Assembly (NCBI GenBank): GCA_951406725.2
Contig: OX597825.1
Location: 62,682,001 to 62,746,000, forward strand
Reading direction: 5' to 3'
Length of the DNA: 64,000 nt
From: Octopus vulgaris
Lineage: Eukaryota
Part shown: in pieces, positions 12,661-26,875 of the stretch
How the letters are laid out: each line of letters begins with the position of its first letter
How positions within the stretch are numbered: the stretch's first letter is position 1
Notes under the pieces: generated by a model
What the model saw: the letters and a program-made list of their open reading frames with translations, nothing else
Database searches by the model: none
Told to the model about the DNA's origin: nothing
Made by a program: the position numbers and the translations under genes

Positions 12661-13445
12661 TTAACCCTTTAGTGTTTAAACCGGCTATATCCGGCCCGAA
12701 TATTCTACTCATTTTATGCTCAAACTGGCCAGAACCAGTATCTCACACCTAGCCTGCAATGTAATTCTAAAAATAAACAATTAGGTCTTTCAAATCTTGA
12801 AGCTACAAGATAATACCAGATTAATTTTATAAAATGTAAATGAATAAGGATTACTTATGACATATTAATTTGAACACTTAAGGGTTAAACCAGTGATATT
12901 AGGCCAAATTTGTCTTCCTGTTTTATGCTCAAACCAGCCAGCTCTGACCTCTCACACCTACCCTACAAAGTCATTATAAAAATAAACAGGGACATCGTCA
13001 AAATCTCAGAGTTACAAGATGCTGTACAATTAATTTAAAACAATGTGATTAAACAGGCTTTACATTTGACAGAGTTATCTGAATGCTAAAGGGTGAAACT
13101 GTCCATATCCAGCCCAAATATGTGATCTGTTTTATGTTCAAACCAGCTAAATCTGATCCTTCACACCTACCCTACAATGTCATTCTAAAAATTCAACAAC
13201 CACATCATTGACCTCTCAAAATTACGAGATAATGCCTAATTTAAACCAATGTGAAAAATTAGTTTTACATGTGACAAAAAAATCTGAATAGTAAAAGGTA
13301 AAACTTTCCATTAAAATTTCATGTTAATTAATGCTTCAAACATCAATTAAATCAAGACAAAGTTAGTTTACTAAATTCTTCATTATTTTTAAAATTAACG
13401 AAGGCAGTTCATATTTCGACAGAAGTATGTCAATGAAAGGGTCAA
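12661..13445. mobile_element. Cluster of piggyBac-like MITEs: three tandem ~200-225 bp units plus a second type
   Basis: TTAACCCTTTAG...TAAGGGTTAA termini; units about 12661-12887, 12888-13095, 13096-13282 share CTCACACCTACCCTACAATGTCATTCTAAAAA. Confidence 0.7.
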
Positions 13446-14081
13446 ATGAGCCACGAATTAAATTGTTCTATACTGTAATTGTATTGTTCGATACTACAAT
13501 TATATTGCACCATACTATAAAAATTACTCAAAATAAAAATCATTGAGATCTTTCGATCAATTTTAGCAAGCCATAGGTTAAAATTTAAGTGACTGAACAA
13601 GATTTAGGACTGACAGAATTATTAGAACATCAAATAAAATGTTTTGTGGTATTTCTAGCTCTATATGTTTTAAGTTCAAATCCTGCTGCAATTAATTTGA
13701 CTTCCTTCATTCTGGGGTTGTGGTTGATAAAATAAGTAGCAGTCAAGTGCCAGGGTTGATTTCATTGACTAACACTACTTGTTAAAATGACTAGCCTTGT
13801 GCCAAAGTTTAAAATTATTTTGACACAAATCGAAACTGCCATAAGATGCTCATAATTACCAATGCCATTGATGAGGATGGCAATGATATTTATGATGATG
13901 ATGACAAAATGTAGGAGAGTCATGTTCAAATTAAATAGATAATTCAAATCACAATTTTTACCCTGGAAGTGGACACATTTCAGAGCTTGAAAATCACATC
14001 TTTGAATGATATATTTGTTTCTTTTATTGACTATTATTTAACAGCGTAAAATATTTCTGTTTTACTAATATCTATCACATG

Positions 14082-14392
14082 CATGGTCGTTGCCAGTGCC
14101 ACCTGACTGGCCTCTGTGCCAGTGGCATGTAAAAAGCACCATTCGAGTATGGCCAATGCCGGCACTGCCTGACTGGCCCTCATGTCGGTGGCACATAAAA
14201 AACACCCACTACACTCTCGGAGTGGTTGGCATTAGAAAGGGCATCCAGCTGTAGAAACATTGCCAGATTGGATTGGAGCCTGATGCATCCTTCTCGCTTG
14301 CCAGCCCTCAGTCAAACCGTGCAACCCATGTCAACATGGAAAGCAGACATTAAACGATGATGACGATGAGGATGATGATGATGATGATGACG
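14082..14392 (+). mobile_element. RTE-clade LINE 3' UTR fragment (family C) with (GAT)n tail
   Basis: GGTTGGCATTAGAAAGGGCATCCAGCTGTAGAAAC motif; ends GACATTAAACGATGATGA; other copies 19215-19570, 22005-22320, 24590-24902, 36496-36648, 38040-38222, 51635-51765. Confidence 0.75.
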
Positions 14393-15178
14393 TCTTATAT
14401 GTAAACATATCTCTTTCAGTGTTAATTTGTATAGTAATTCATAGCATAATTGCTTACAATATTAAAATGAATTCCTGTCAACATAGAAATTAAAGAAATC
14501 ACACATTATTCCTTGTGGTACCATTAGCGAAATTTCACAGTGAAACAGGGATTAGTTTTAATATATTGCAAGAAACGAACAGAACACAAATAATGCCTTG
14601 TAGTACCAATTTTTGTAGGCTGTGTATTAGTATGTTCATTGTCTTGGAGTTTTGTTACAAGTGTGACAACATCTTTTTTATTATAATTATCAATTTAAAA
14701 TCATTATCAGTACAGTTCTTCTTTTATAAGGATTCCGTTTTCAATTGACATATTCTGTATATTCTTATTTGTGTATTCTTCTATTTATTTCAGTCATTGA
14801 ACTGCTGCCATGCTGGGGCACTGACTTGAAGTAAGTATTTAGTCAAACAAATTCAACACACTTTCTCTTTTAAGTCTGGTGTTTGTGCTATCGGTTTCCA
14901 TGGTGAAACATTAAGTTATGCTAACATTGAACAAACCGACACTGGTTCAGACGTTTTGTAGAGAAACAATCACAAAGACACATATGTTTATATATACATA
15001 TGTGTAGGAGTGGCTGTGTGGTAAGTAGCTTGCTTACCAACCACATGGTTCTGGATTCAGTCCCACTGCATGGCACCTTGGGCAAGTGTCTTCTACTTGT
15101 GAGTGGATTTGGTAGACAGAAACAGAAAGAAGCCCGTCATATATATGTATATATATATATATATATATCATATATATG

Positions 15179-15209
<31 letters not shown>

Positions 15210-16668
15210 ATTTATAAGTATATATATAGATAGATAGATATATACATACATACACACACAACTTCCAAGCAGTTTCTATCTATCAATTTTGCTCACAAGG
15301 AATTAGTTTCCCTAGGGCTACAGTAAAATTCACTTACTCAAGATGCTGTGTAGTAGAATTAATCTCAAACCTGCTTGATTGCAGAGCAAATTTCTTAATC
15401 ACAGAACCACATTTGTAATAATGTTTAATTATCAGTTTGATTGAGATATTTTCTCTATTTTAATTATAGTTATTAAGAAGCCAGTGATATGTCTGAATCA
15501 TTAGCATACCAGGAAAAATACCTAGTGGTATTTCGTCCATCTTTACCTTCTGAGTTCAAATGTCTTCAAGGCCAACTTTGCCTCTTTCCTTTTGAGGTCA
15601 ATAAAATAAGTACCAGTTGAGGAAATAAGTACCATTGATAAGCACCAGGGTCAGTGTAATTAACTTAACTCCACCCTCAACCCAAATTGCTGGCCTTCTG
15701 CCAAAATTTGAAACTAATTACAGTTGTTAACATTTTTATTATGCCAAAGAACTCAGCCTCTAGATTATACAAGAATTTATAGCAAACATTAGTATGGATT
15801 CTGCCGATCCTCCAGAAACTAAAGTAATGTATACCTTATTAAATATTGATTAGAGTAAATAGCTTATCATTGAAATCTCCTTCTGATGTTTAATCATTAA
15901 CTGATAACACTAAAGTAATATTCATTTCCAATCAGAAAACATGAAATGTTTTCATAATTCTATATATTTAACCAACTATAAGGAAAGTTATATCAAATAA
16001 TGTACTCGTAACTCAAGGGCTAAGTACAAAAAGAGTGTGAAATAATTGATGTAATGAAAGTTAAGAGGACTTGCATTCAATCCACTTTATCCAGCTTATT
16101 AATTTCAGCTCTTTTATGAATTTCAGAAAATACACAATAAATAAATAAATAAAGGAATGGCGACACTTGCTGGTATATTAAGTGAAAATATAGTTCAGTG
16201 ATAAAGGTAACTTGAGAATAAAAAGTGTTCTCCAGAAAGGTTTCCATAAGGAATAAATTCTTAAACAGAAAGCAAAAGCAATATCTTCTCTCTTGTATGA
16301 AGTAGGTATAGAACTTTTGAATATAAATTATCTATGGTCAATCTAAGATCAGAATTCTGTTGTTATCAAGTTGACTTCGGTTTATTACAAGGGTGGTATT
16401 TTATGATTATCAACTGAGAGCAATGAGTGTAAGTCATTCAAGTAGTATTGTATAAAAAATAAATAAATGCGCCCAAAATGAACAATATTGTTACTAAAGG
16501 TATGAAATTGTAATGGCTTTCGGGACAATAACGAAGGAGGAAAAAACATATCCATGTCTTGTATGTGCAATTTTGATTTGTTCCTTTGCTATGCTTCTGT
16601 TTAATTTTGAAACATATATATATATATAATAGTAGTAGTATTATTGTTATTATTATTATTATTATTAT

Positions 16669-16787
16669 AGACCTGATGAGTGACTATATTTTTAAATAGA
16701 ATTAATTTTAGATCGATTTAGTCTTAATCGAATTGATTTTATTATTATTATCTATTTGAAAATATAGCCACGAAATGTGCGTAGTCT
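16669..16787 (+). ncRNA. Type I hammerhead ribozyme with long AT-rich stem II
   Basis: AGAC-CTGATGA-GTGACTATATTTTTAAATAGA...TCTATTTGAAAATATAGCCAC-GAAA-TGTGCG-TA-GTCT; host repeat extends to about 16913. Confidence 0.75.
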
Positions 16788-16936
16788 TTTTATTGTTTAT
16801 TGTTTATGTACTCTATTGATTTTTAGATTAATGTTTTCTATAGTATATTTAACTTTTTCTATATGGTCTTTCACTATTGAATTGTTTAATAGAGGTTCTT
16901 CTCTAAATGCTAGATATATATATATGTATGTCTGTA

Positions 16937-16967
<31 letters not shown>

Positions 16968-17004
16968 GTTGTGTATTATATATATATATATTTGTGTGTG
17001 TGTT

Positions 17005-17528
17005 TGTGCAAGAGGGAAGACTGTGCTAGTTTGGTCATGTGATATGAATGAATGCTGATAGCTCCATAAAGAAGTGTCGATTTCTCAAAGTAGATGGGAT
17101 ATATGCAAATGGGAGACTCATGAAGACATGAGATGAAGTCCTTTGTCATCTTGCTGAACTTTTCAGGCAAGATGACAAAGGACCAAGATTCCTGGTACAT
17201 TGCTGTACTCGAGAATACTCATAATCCACAACAGAGCTCTGGTCCTTCTGATGGTGAAAAGCACTTGTGGCAGTACCACATAAATACACTTGTATGCTGC
17301 AATGTAACAATGCCTTTGCAGTGCAATGTAAATGTTCCCATATGACACCATATACAAACGTCCATGCAGTGCACTCTGCACCCACTATAAAGTGGTGTTA
17401 GGAAGGGCATCCAGCTGGAGAAACCATGCCAAATCAGACTGGAGTCTAACCCTAGCTTGCCAGCTCTGGCCAAACCATCCAACCCAAGCAAGCATGGACA
17501 ATGGACATTAAATGACGACAATGATGAT
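17005..17528 (+). mobile_element. RTE-clade LINE 3' end (decayed ORF2 C-terminus plus 3' UTR)
   Basis: Translates as RGRLC*FGHVI*MNADSSIKKCRFLKVDG...GRLMKT*DEVL...MTKDQDSW, matching RLRWFGHVxRM...GRPxKTW...DRxxW; (GAT)n tail. Confidence 0.8.
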
Positions 17529-18321
17529 ATGTATGTATTTATATGTGTGTGTGTGTCTGTGTGTGTGCATGTATGTGTGTATGTATATCCACCGATAAAC
17601 ACTCACATATACATATATATTCACTCATACATAGAGTTTATAACATTTTAGCATTTCACTGGAATATATATATATATAAGCAAAATGAATGTCCGACCAG
17701 CATTTTACAATTTCTTCTACAAATATTCAATTTTAATGAATTCTTGAAAAAATTTTAGAAAAAGTATTTTTAATTTTAAAATTTACAAAATTATTTCATT
17801 TTCTATATTTACTGAATTACATGCATACATACCCACATATACACATATATATTTAAACTCGATCAACCACATGAATGCATAGAAGCATAAAACCTCAAGT
17901 CTTGAATTCTAATTTTGATTCTCTACCACTCTTATGACTATATCTACAGATATACTAATAATTTTCTAAATTTCCTGAAACTGCAGGCTTTGTAACCATA
18001 ATAAATTCCTACAGACTCTTTTATAATGACATGTTTATGTGCTAGAACAAATTCAACATTTTGAAATTTTACTGGAATTTGTAGAATCAACCCTAAAAAT
18101 AAATTCATCATTATCATCATCATTATCATCATTATCGTCATCTTTTAATTTTGTTTCTTATGCTGGCATGGGTAAAATGGCTCAACAGGTTCTGATGAGC
18201 CAGATGACTGCATCATGCTTTGATGTCTGATTTGGCATGGTTTCAATGGCTGGATGCCCTTCTCAGTACCAACCACTTTACATAGTGTACTAGGTGTTTT
18301 TCATTGCAAATATTTACACAT

Positions 18322-18487
18322 AGGCGTAGGAGTGGCTGTATAGTAAGTAGCTTGCTTCCCAACCACATGTTTCTGGGTTCAGGCCCATTGCATGGCACCT
18401 TGGGCAAGTGTCTTCTACTATAGCCTCGGGCCAACCAAAGCCTCGTGAGTGGATTTGGTAGACGGAAACTGAAAGAAGCCTGTTGTA

Positions 18488-18533
<46 letters not shown>

Positions 18534-18764
18534 TGTGTGTGTATATGTTTGTGTATCTGTGTTTGTCCCCACAACATCACTTGACAACTGATGCTGGTGT
18601 GTTTACATACCCGTAACTTAGCAGTTCGGCAAAAGAGACCGATAGAATAAGTACTACGGTTACAAAGAATAAGTTCTGGGTCGATTTCTTCGACTCAAGG
18701 CGGTGCTCCAGCATGGACACAGTCAAATAACTGAAACAAGTAAAAGAGTAAAAGAGAAAAGAGT
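18322..18764 (+). mobile_element. SINE family A, full length
   Basis: Complete head to (AGTAAAAG)n tail. Confidence 0.9.
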
Positions 18765-21287
18765 ATACTGTGTGTATCTTCCTCTACCTATTGTCTCCAC
18801 CAACCACCTCTTTTCTGTTAATTCTCCTTGTGCTGTTCTCCATCATTAACCCCTCACCTTTCTACTATCACCCTCAGTGCTCTTACATATTCACGGCAAT
18901 CCATGCACCAAGCCTCTCCTAGGATTCTCACCATCATTTCCTTAAGTAATCTCCTTCCTGTCCACTCAGCCATTCCAAACTTTTCTATCACTTCACTTAT
19001 TCTCCCCACCATCAAAACCCCTTAAGGGCACGTTCTGATTCATCTTTGCCATCATCTTTCTCACTATTACTTCCCTTATCTGACTCGCTAACTCACTCTA
19101 CTTTCTTTCCAAACTAGGATGTGTCATGTATCAACAGAAAGACCACTATATCTGTCCCTCTATAATTTTAATCACTTTACTGGCAAAGAACCACCCCACT
19201 CGAAATTACTGCCAACTTCAAGTTGATGAGTTCTTGCCCTTTTTTTTTGTCTTGCAAGATACTTGGTAGCCCCAAAGGTGATGGTGCCATATAAAAAGTG
19301 TCAGTGCTGGTGCCATGTAAAAAGCACTGATGCTGGAGTAACATAGAAAACATTGGTGCTTGTGGCACATAAAAAGCACTGGTGATGGTGCCACGTAAAA
19401 GCACCCAGTACACTGTGTAAAGAGGTTGGTGTTAGGGAGGGCATCCAGCGGTAGAAACCATGCCAATACAGACAATGGAGCCTAGTACAACACATGGCCT
19501 AGCCAGCTCCAGTCAAACTATACAACCCATGCCAGCACAAAAAGTGGACATTAAATGATGAGGATGATGATGGCAATATGCACAGATCTATATATGGAAA
19601 GAGAAACTTTCTTACTCCCATAATTCTCAGATAAATCTAATGTAAAGCAATGCTTGTTGCCACTTTAACATGGCTGTTCTGTATGAACCGACATTACTAC
19701 CATTTTTAACCCCAAGAGGATTTCTCTTCTAGCTGGTCATTGATGCAATCTACATCCAATATATATTGCAAGCAGGGGAGCGAACCTCTCATCTTCTATC
19801 GACTTCACAGAACCACTAGACCATCTGGTCTCAGGCTGTTTTTGCCCATCCTCAGTGGTGGACACCTGTCTGCTAGAGATAGCAGTAGTTCATTTCAGCT
19901 TGCAATATATAGAAACATATTATTTCCCTTATAACTGTAATGACTTTATATTTATAATTTGACAGTAATTGTTTCAAGTAATTGTTATTCCTTTGTTAAA
20001 TGCAGTCAACCCATTGTCTACATCAAATTTCTTGTCTCTGCAACTAAGCTTATTTGTTAATATTTTTTATGAACATTGAGAAATTTACAAACATACAAGA
20101 ATTTACAATTTACAATAAAACCTCTCTCTCTCTCTCTCTCTCTTTGATTCTTTTTTTTCTCTTTGAGTGATATTCATCAACAAGTAATCAAAGAGAAATC
20201 AGCAAGTCATCGACAAGTAATGAAAGTGTAATCTGAGCATAAACTTCAGTAGGAGATGATATCAGAGCTGTTTAATTCATGCCATTATTGAATTTCCATT
20301 AAGAAATCCTGATCAGATCTCAAATCAAATCTGCAAAATCTCACTACTGGTCCTCAACATTATATTTATGTATGTTCATGTATGCACCCAACACATAATG
20401 CATGTTAAAAATACAGTGTATATTTATAATTTGACAAATATGTCTTAATCAAAAACAAGTTAATTAAAGAAATATTTCATTGCAATGCCATGGAAGGATT
20501 TGATTTAGTGTCTCTGCTTTAGAAGCAGATTCTTCATTTCTGCCCTTTGGGTTCAAATTTTCTTGCTGTCATCGTAGCTTCTCATCCCTAGATCAATAGA
20601 ATGTATCAGTCCTGAGCAGGGGGCCAGAAGAAAGACAACTATATCAAACGGAATGCTTTGTGATCTTTTCCTTCTGAGTCCAAATCCCTTCATGGCTTGC
20701 TTTTGAGGTAGAAATATTCTATCATCTGGTTTAAACCACTAACCAGCATCTTTAATGCCTCTTACAGAGTTTACTCTGTTGCAAGCACTTGGACCTAATT
20801 TCTGATTTGAAAAATGTTTTCCTCCCTCCTTCTCACTAATCTTATAGACCCCCATAAAATGTCACGGACATTGCCTTCTGTTTTGTTTCTGTTATTCACA
20901 GAATATTTCTGATGAGAATACACAAAGATAAAAATCCCTGCTAAGATATCTTTATAACAGACAAAAATCAATTGTTCTGAATTATGATTACTAAATTAAA
21001 ACTTCAGACAAACCTAGAAAAGTGAATGTCATGTAGATAATTCCATCTGATAAAGACAATATACAAGACCCATCCAACCGATGCCAACATAAGGAAAAGC
21101 AATGACGATGTTAATCTGATAGCTGCCAGCATATTATGCTTAGTAAACTGTCAAAAGTCTGGCATGAAAATATACAGTTATTCTCTATTTGGAGTTGAGA
21201 TTTTGCTTGGCTTATCTTTTTGACTTTTATCTGACATAACAGAGAGAGTAAATCAATGATACAAATACAAAAATATGGAAATGAATA

Positions 21288-21319
<32 letters not shown>

Positions 21320-21489
21320 GTATTTTTTTTCATTTGTTTGTTTGTTTGTTTGTTTCTGTTTCTACTGATATCAAACATACCCTGTTCTTTTTCATATTCC
21401 TTCTTCCTTTCCTTCCTTCCATATGGTTTCTTATCACAGTCAATGTCCTACCGAAATATCATATGCAAGTGTTCATTTTCCATGCAACT

Positions 21490-21590
21490 CATCATTGTCA
21501 TCATCATCATCATCATCATCAACATCATCATTGATGTTGTTGTCAACATCCTCATCATTATCATCATCATCCTCATCATCATCATCATCG

Positions 21591-21621
<31 letters not shown>

Positions 21622-21636
21622 TATCGTTATCATCAT
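21490..21636. repeat. (CAT)n imperfect triplet repeat
   Basis: Direct reading. Confidence 0.95.
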
Positions 21637-22471
21637 TTTTCATGTGCAACTTAAAAGAAACAAACAAAAGAGACAAAACTAGGATTGTTTTATAACAAAA
21701 GGGAAACAAAAAAAATTTCATGATTGCCTCTTTTGACGACTGATCCTCTTGTAAGTTAAATAATGTACGTAATTTAAGACAAAATGAATAAAATAATCTT
21801 TTTTCCCAAAAAAACCTTTCTTGAAAAGTATTTAACACTAGTGACTCTAGGTGCTGGTATGGCTGTGTGGTTAGGATGTTTGACTTGCAGCCATATGATT
21901 CTGGGTTCAGTCCCACTGTATGGCACCTCGGGCAAATATTTTCCACTAAAGCCCCAGGCTGACCAAAATCTTGTAACTAAATTTGAGAAATAGAAACTCA
22001 TCATCATCATCTTTTAATGTCTGCCTTTCATGCTGGCATAGGTTGGACTGTTTGATTGGAGCTGGCTGAGCAGAGGACTGCACCAGACTTCTGCGTCTAT
22101 TTTGGCATAGTTTTTATGGCCAGATGCCATTCCTAACACCAACGATCCTGCAAAGTAGACTGAGCATGTTGTACATGGCACCAGCACAAGTGAGGTCAGT
22201 TTTGGCAGCGTTTTTACAGCTCGATGCCCATCCAAATGCCAACCACTCTACAGTGTGGACCAGATGCTTTTTATGTGGCACCAGCACTATCAGGGCCACC
22301 AAGTAACCTGCAAGACAAAGAACCTTTGAGAAGGGAAATATAATTTCTGCTTTTTGTCTTGTAAGCAAATAATAATATCTTGAGTATGGTTTTGAACTGC
22401 ATCAGATGCCAGGGTCTAATGTTGAGAAAGTTTAGATATTAAGATGAATGGAATTACCTCTTAATTACCTC

Positions 22472-22885
22472 AGCGGTGGCAAGCTGGCAGATTCGTCAGC
22501 ATGCCGGGCGAAATGCTTAGTGGTATTTCGTCTGCCGCTACATCCTGAGTTCAAATTCCGCTGAGGTTGACTTTGCCTTTCATCTTTTCAGGGTCGATAA
22601 ATCAAGTACCAGTTACACACTGGGGTCGATATAATCGACTTAGTCCCTTTGTCTGTCCTTGTTTGTCCTCTCTGTATTTAGCCCCTTGTGGGTAGTAAAG
22701 AAGTAGCTATTTCGTCTGCCATTACGTTCTGAGTTCAAATTCCGCCAAGGTTGACTTTGCCTTTCATCTTTTCAGGGTCGATAAATTAAGTACCAGTTAC
22801 ACACTGGGGTCGATATAATTGACTTAATCCATTTGCTTTTGTTTGTCCCCTCTATGTTTAGCCGCTTGTGGGCAATAGAGAAATA
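22472..22885 (+). mobile_element. SINE family B with duplicated 3' part
   Basis: Full copy plus a second headless copy; 15-bp TSD GGAATTACCTCTTAA at 22450-22464 and 22886-22900. Confidence 0.85.
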
Positions 22886-24555
22886 GGAATTACCTCTTAA
22901 GTGAAACTACTCCCATGACAGTTCTGATCCAGAATAGTAGCACCTGAAGAGATAGCAAAATTGGTTGCCATTAAGAAATCATTGGGACCCATCATAGGAT
23001 TTTGGAACTGACAGAAATTGAGAATTAACTGCAGTTATATACTGACTTCTGTCCAAAAGACGGAATCTGAAAATTTAAATTCTTTTCGTATGGAACAACA
23101 TCCAATAAAGAGAAAATGCAGACTTGATGACAAATATCAAAGAATAAAGAACCATTTCCAAACTGAGAACTATTCGTAAATTGGCAACATGAGAGTAAGT
23201 TCAAATAATATTTCTTAACCATTTAAATTGTTTTTATACATCGGTTTTCTCAAGAATCTCAGGGAATACTTCATTATTAGTCCTGAATGTAACATCTCTT
23301 TCTATTTAATGGTTTCACAAATTGTTATGGATTAGTTTTCTCAGCTACAAATAATGTAAGAATTAATAAATGAATCTAAACACATTCCTTTTGGCTTAAA
23401 GATATCAGGGATATTAGAGCTAATGTCACTTCTAAAGTGTTACAATCAATAATATAGTTATCACTCTCGTATTCTTTCTTATGCAAAGGGCTTTTAGCCA
23501 TTAAAATTGTGAGACTAAATGTATTTACATACACCAAATATGGTACAAAGTCTCAACAAAACATCAGACTTACTATCTGAAATCAACCTTTAATTAACTA
23601 ACTACTGTTCTTCTCCACCTCACAATTTTCTCTCTCGCTCTCTCTGGAAATGAATACATTAAAAAAAAAAAAGAAGATAGTTTCCTTTGCTAAACATTTC
23701 ATTCATCTTGTCTATATATGTGTGCAACAATGAACAAGTAGAAAAACCAAGAAAAACTAAGGCCTCCCATTGTTCATACAACACACCACCATTGGCAATT
23801 ATTTGCTGAATTAATGTCAGTGAAAGCATACAATGTGTGAAGAGAGTATCAATACATAAATAACTAAAAATACATCATCAATTTCTTTGAGAGCTTTAAA
23901 TGAGATGAACAAAAGATGCCTAATCTTGCTGAAGTCTGTTGAGTTTCAATTATAGAAAGAAAGATTGTCTGCAACTTATTAAATAGAACTTTGAACTGAT
24001 TAATAAAGGTCCTTTTTACTATTTATTACTGACACACCTAGTGGTACATATACAAACACATACATACACATATACAATAAAAAAAAAAACCTGTAGCAAT
24101 ACTAACTTTTTTTTTCTTTTGTAGGAATACAACCAATGATTTCTTTTCCTTTCATTCTTTTTCCTTGTTATATAATTTTTATTGTATTTTTTTTTTTGGA
24201 TCACCTCTAATATTGAAAAAAGTATCCAACTAATTAGATTGCTTTATTGTCTTTCTCAGGTTTTGCCAGGAATTTCCATGGTTAGAAGGGTAATATTTCA
24301 TTCTTAATTTCCTCCTCATTCATTCTATTCATGAATACCATGAGTAAAAATTCTGTAATGGTTACTTTTATAATTCAATACAATTATTTTACTATATTTT
24401 CGTTCCTTTATTTTATCTTCTACATATCAGTAAGTATCATTTGTGTATGAAGGGACAAGCCCATGCTTTCATAATATAATACTTATAGATATTCAATGCC
24501 TACGTATTACAGGAATTCAATTCGCATTTACACTTCAAAAATTTTCACAGTCATC

Positions 24556-24593
<38 letters not shown>

Positions 24594-24919
24594 CATCATC
24601 GTTTAACATCCCTTTTCCATGCTAGCATGGGTTGGACGGTTCGACCGGGTCTGGGAAGCCAGAAGGCTACACCAGCCTCCAGTCTGATCTAGCAGTGTTT
24701 CTACAGCTGGATGCTCTTCCTAACGCCAACCACTCTGTGACAGTAGTGGGTGCTTTTTACGTGCCACCAGCACAGGGGCCGGAGGACACTGGCAAACGGC
24801 CATGATCGGTTGGTGCTTTTACATGTCACCGACATGGATGCCAGTCAGGAGGCGCTGGCATCTGCCACGTTCGGACAGTGCTTTTCTTTTAACGTGTCAC
24901 TGGCACAGGTGTCTTAACC

Positions 24920-25154
24920 TATTTCCTTACTACCCACAAGGGGCTAAACACAGAGGGGACAATCATGGACAGACGAACGGATTAAGTTGATTACATCGAC
25001 CCCAGTGCGTAACTGGTGCTTAATTTATCGACCCCGAAAGGATGAAAGGCAAAGTCGACCTCGGCAGAATTTGAACTCAGAACGCAGCGGCGGACGAAAT
25101 GCCACAAAGCATTTCGCCCGGTGTGCTAACATTTCTGCCAACTCGCCGCCTTTT
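24920..25154 (-). mobile_element. SINE family B, young copy
   Basis: 17-bp TSD GCACAGGTGTCTTAACC at 24903-24919 and 25155-25171. Confidence 0.9.
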
Positions 25155-25173
25155 GCACAGGTGTCTTAACCAC

Positions 25174-25247
<74 letters not shown>

Positions 25248-25350
25248 AATTATAACTAAAGAGAGAAATATACTGTGAAAAAATGTATTTATGATTGGAT
25301 ATTCATTTCTAAATTTCTAATGACAATTGTTTCATAGCTTAATAAATATG

Positions 25351-25665
25351 TAGGCACAGGCATGGTTGTGTGGTAAGAAGCATGCCTCACAACAAAACGG
25401 TCCCACTGTGAGGTACTTTGGGCATGTGCCTTCTACGATAGCCTTGGGTTGATGAAAGCCTTGTGAGTAGATTTGATAAATTGAAACCGAAAGAAACCCA
25501 TCGTATATATGTACATATGTATATATGTATTTATATGTGTGTGTCTGTTTGTACCGCACCCCCATTCCCACCACTTGACAATTGGTTTTGGGGTGTTTAT
25601 GTCTCTATAAACTTAGTAGTTTTGCAATTTGCAAAAGAGACCTATACAGTAAGTAACATGCTTCA
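25351..25665 (+). mobile_element. SINE family A, diverged
   Basis: Head and body motifs recognisable. Confidence 0.75.
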
Positions 25666-25911
25666 AAAAAAAAAAAAAACTTGTGACAATGAGATTCAGA
25701 AGTGACCCTGAGAGTCAAGACTATTGAAAAGGTTGCAAGACGCAATAAAAATTTTCGGAAAATAAAGATATGAAATAAGTGGAAATTTTTCCGGTGAGTG
25801 TGTTACATTATAAGGCACAAAAAGAAAATGAATCTCCCCAGACACAACAGAATATGCTTGAACACACGAACACATTAAAGAATCTTGCAAACCAAATCCA
25901 AAAACGAAATA

Positions 25912-25981
<70 letters not shown>

Positions 25982-26010
25982 GTGTGTGTATATATATATA
26001 TCTATTTATA

Positions 26011-26054
<44 letters not shown>

Positions 26055-26088
26055 ATACATATACATATATATATATATATACATATAA

Positions 26089-26127
<39 letters not shown>

Positions 26128-26158
26128 TACATATATATGTATATATATATATATGTAC

Positions 26159-26250
<92 letters not shown>
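25912..26250. repeat. (TA)n microsatellite
   Basis: Direct reading. Confidence 0.95.
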
Positions 26251-26253
<3 letters not shown>

Positions 26254-26815
26254 TTGGGCTTCTTTATATTTCCGTTTACCAGATCCACTCACAAAGCTTT
26301 TGTTGGCCTGAGGCTGTAGCAGAAGACACCTGCCCAAGGTACCATGCAGAACATTGACCTAATTTATCATATTAGTATAGAAAAAAACTGATAATCTTCC
26401 TACTATTGATTTTATAAAAAGCATTGGGTTAACTCAGTTACAGTAAATGGCAATTAAAAGGATATCCTACCATAAAGACCTCTGAAAAATGTTTGTATAA
26501 TATGATGAATTTTGGAATATTTCCAAGAGTTTTAGCAAGAATAGTACTCATGGGGACCTGAATTTATTTTAGAATAAGTATTGTTGATACCTGCCAAACG
26601 TGTCATTGCTTTAGTGTGGCTCTTTGGACAATAGTTTCTTCTACTAGATTGTAGAGGCTGATCAAAGTTGTGTCAGAGTATCTGTCTGAAAGAAACCTAG
26701 TCTATCTGTCTATCTACCTACCTCCCTGTCTGTCTGCCAGTCTGTCTATCTGTCTGCCTATCTATCTATCATCCATTTGTCTGTCTGTCTATCATTTACA
26801 TATAATAGATAATAT

Positions 26816-26874
<59 letters not shown>

Positions 26875-26875
<1 letters not shown>

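Noticed and set aside
12346-16570. Two ORFs sharing YYLNDL as duplicated exons
   Set aside because: Only about 60 bp are shared (12521-12580, 16403-16465); one has an upstream in-frame stop and runs into a MITE fragment
19280-19410. ~27-bp GTGCCAYRTAAAAAGCAC tandem units as a CRISPR-like array
   Set aside because: No unique spacers, eukaryotic context; it is an internal minisatellite of the RTE 3' UTR seen in other copies
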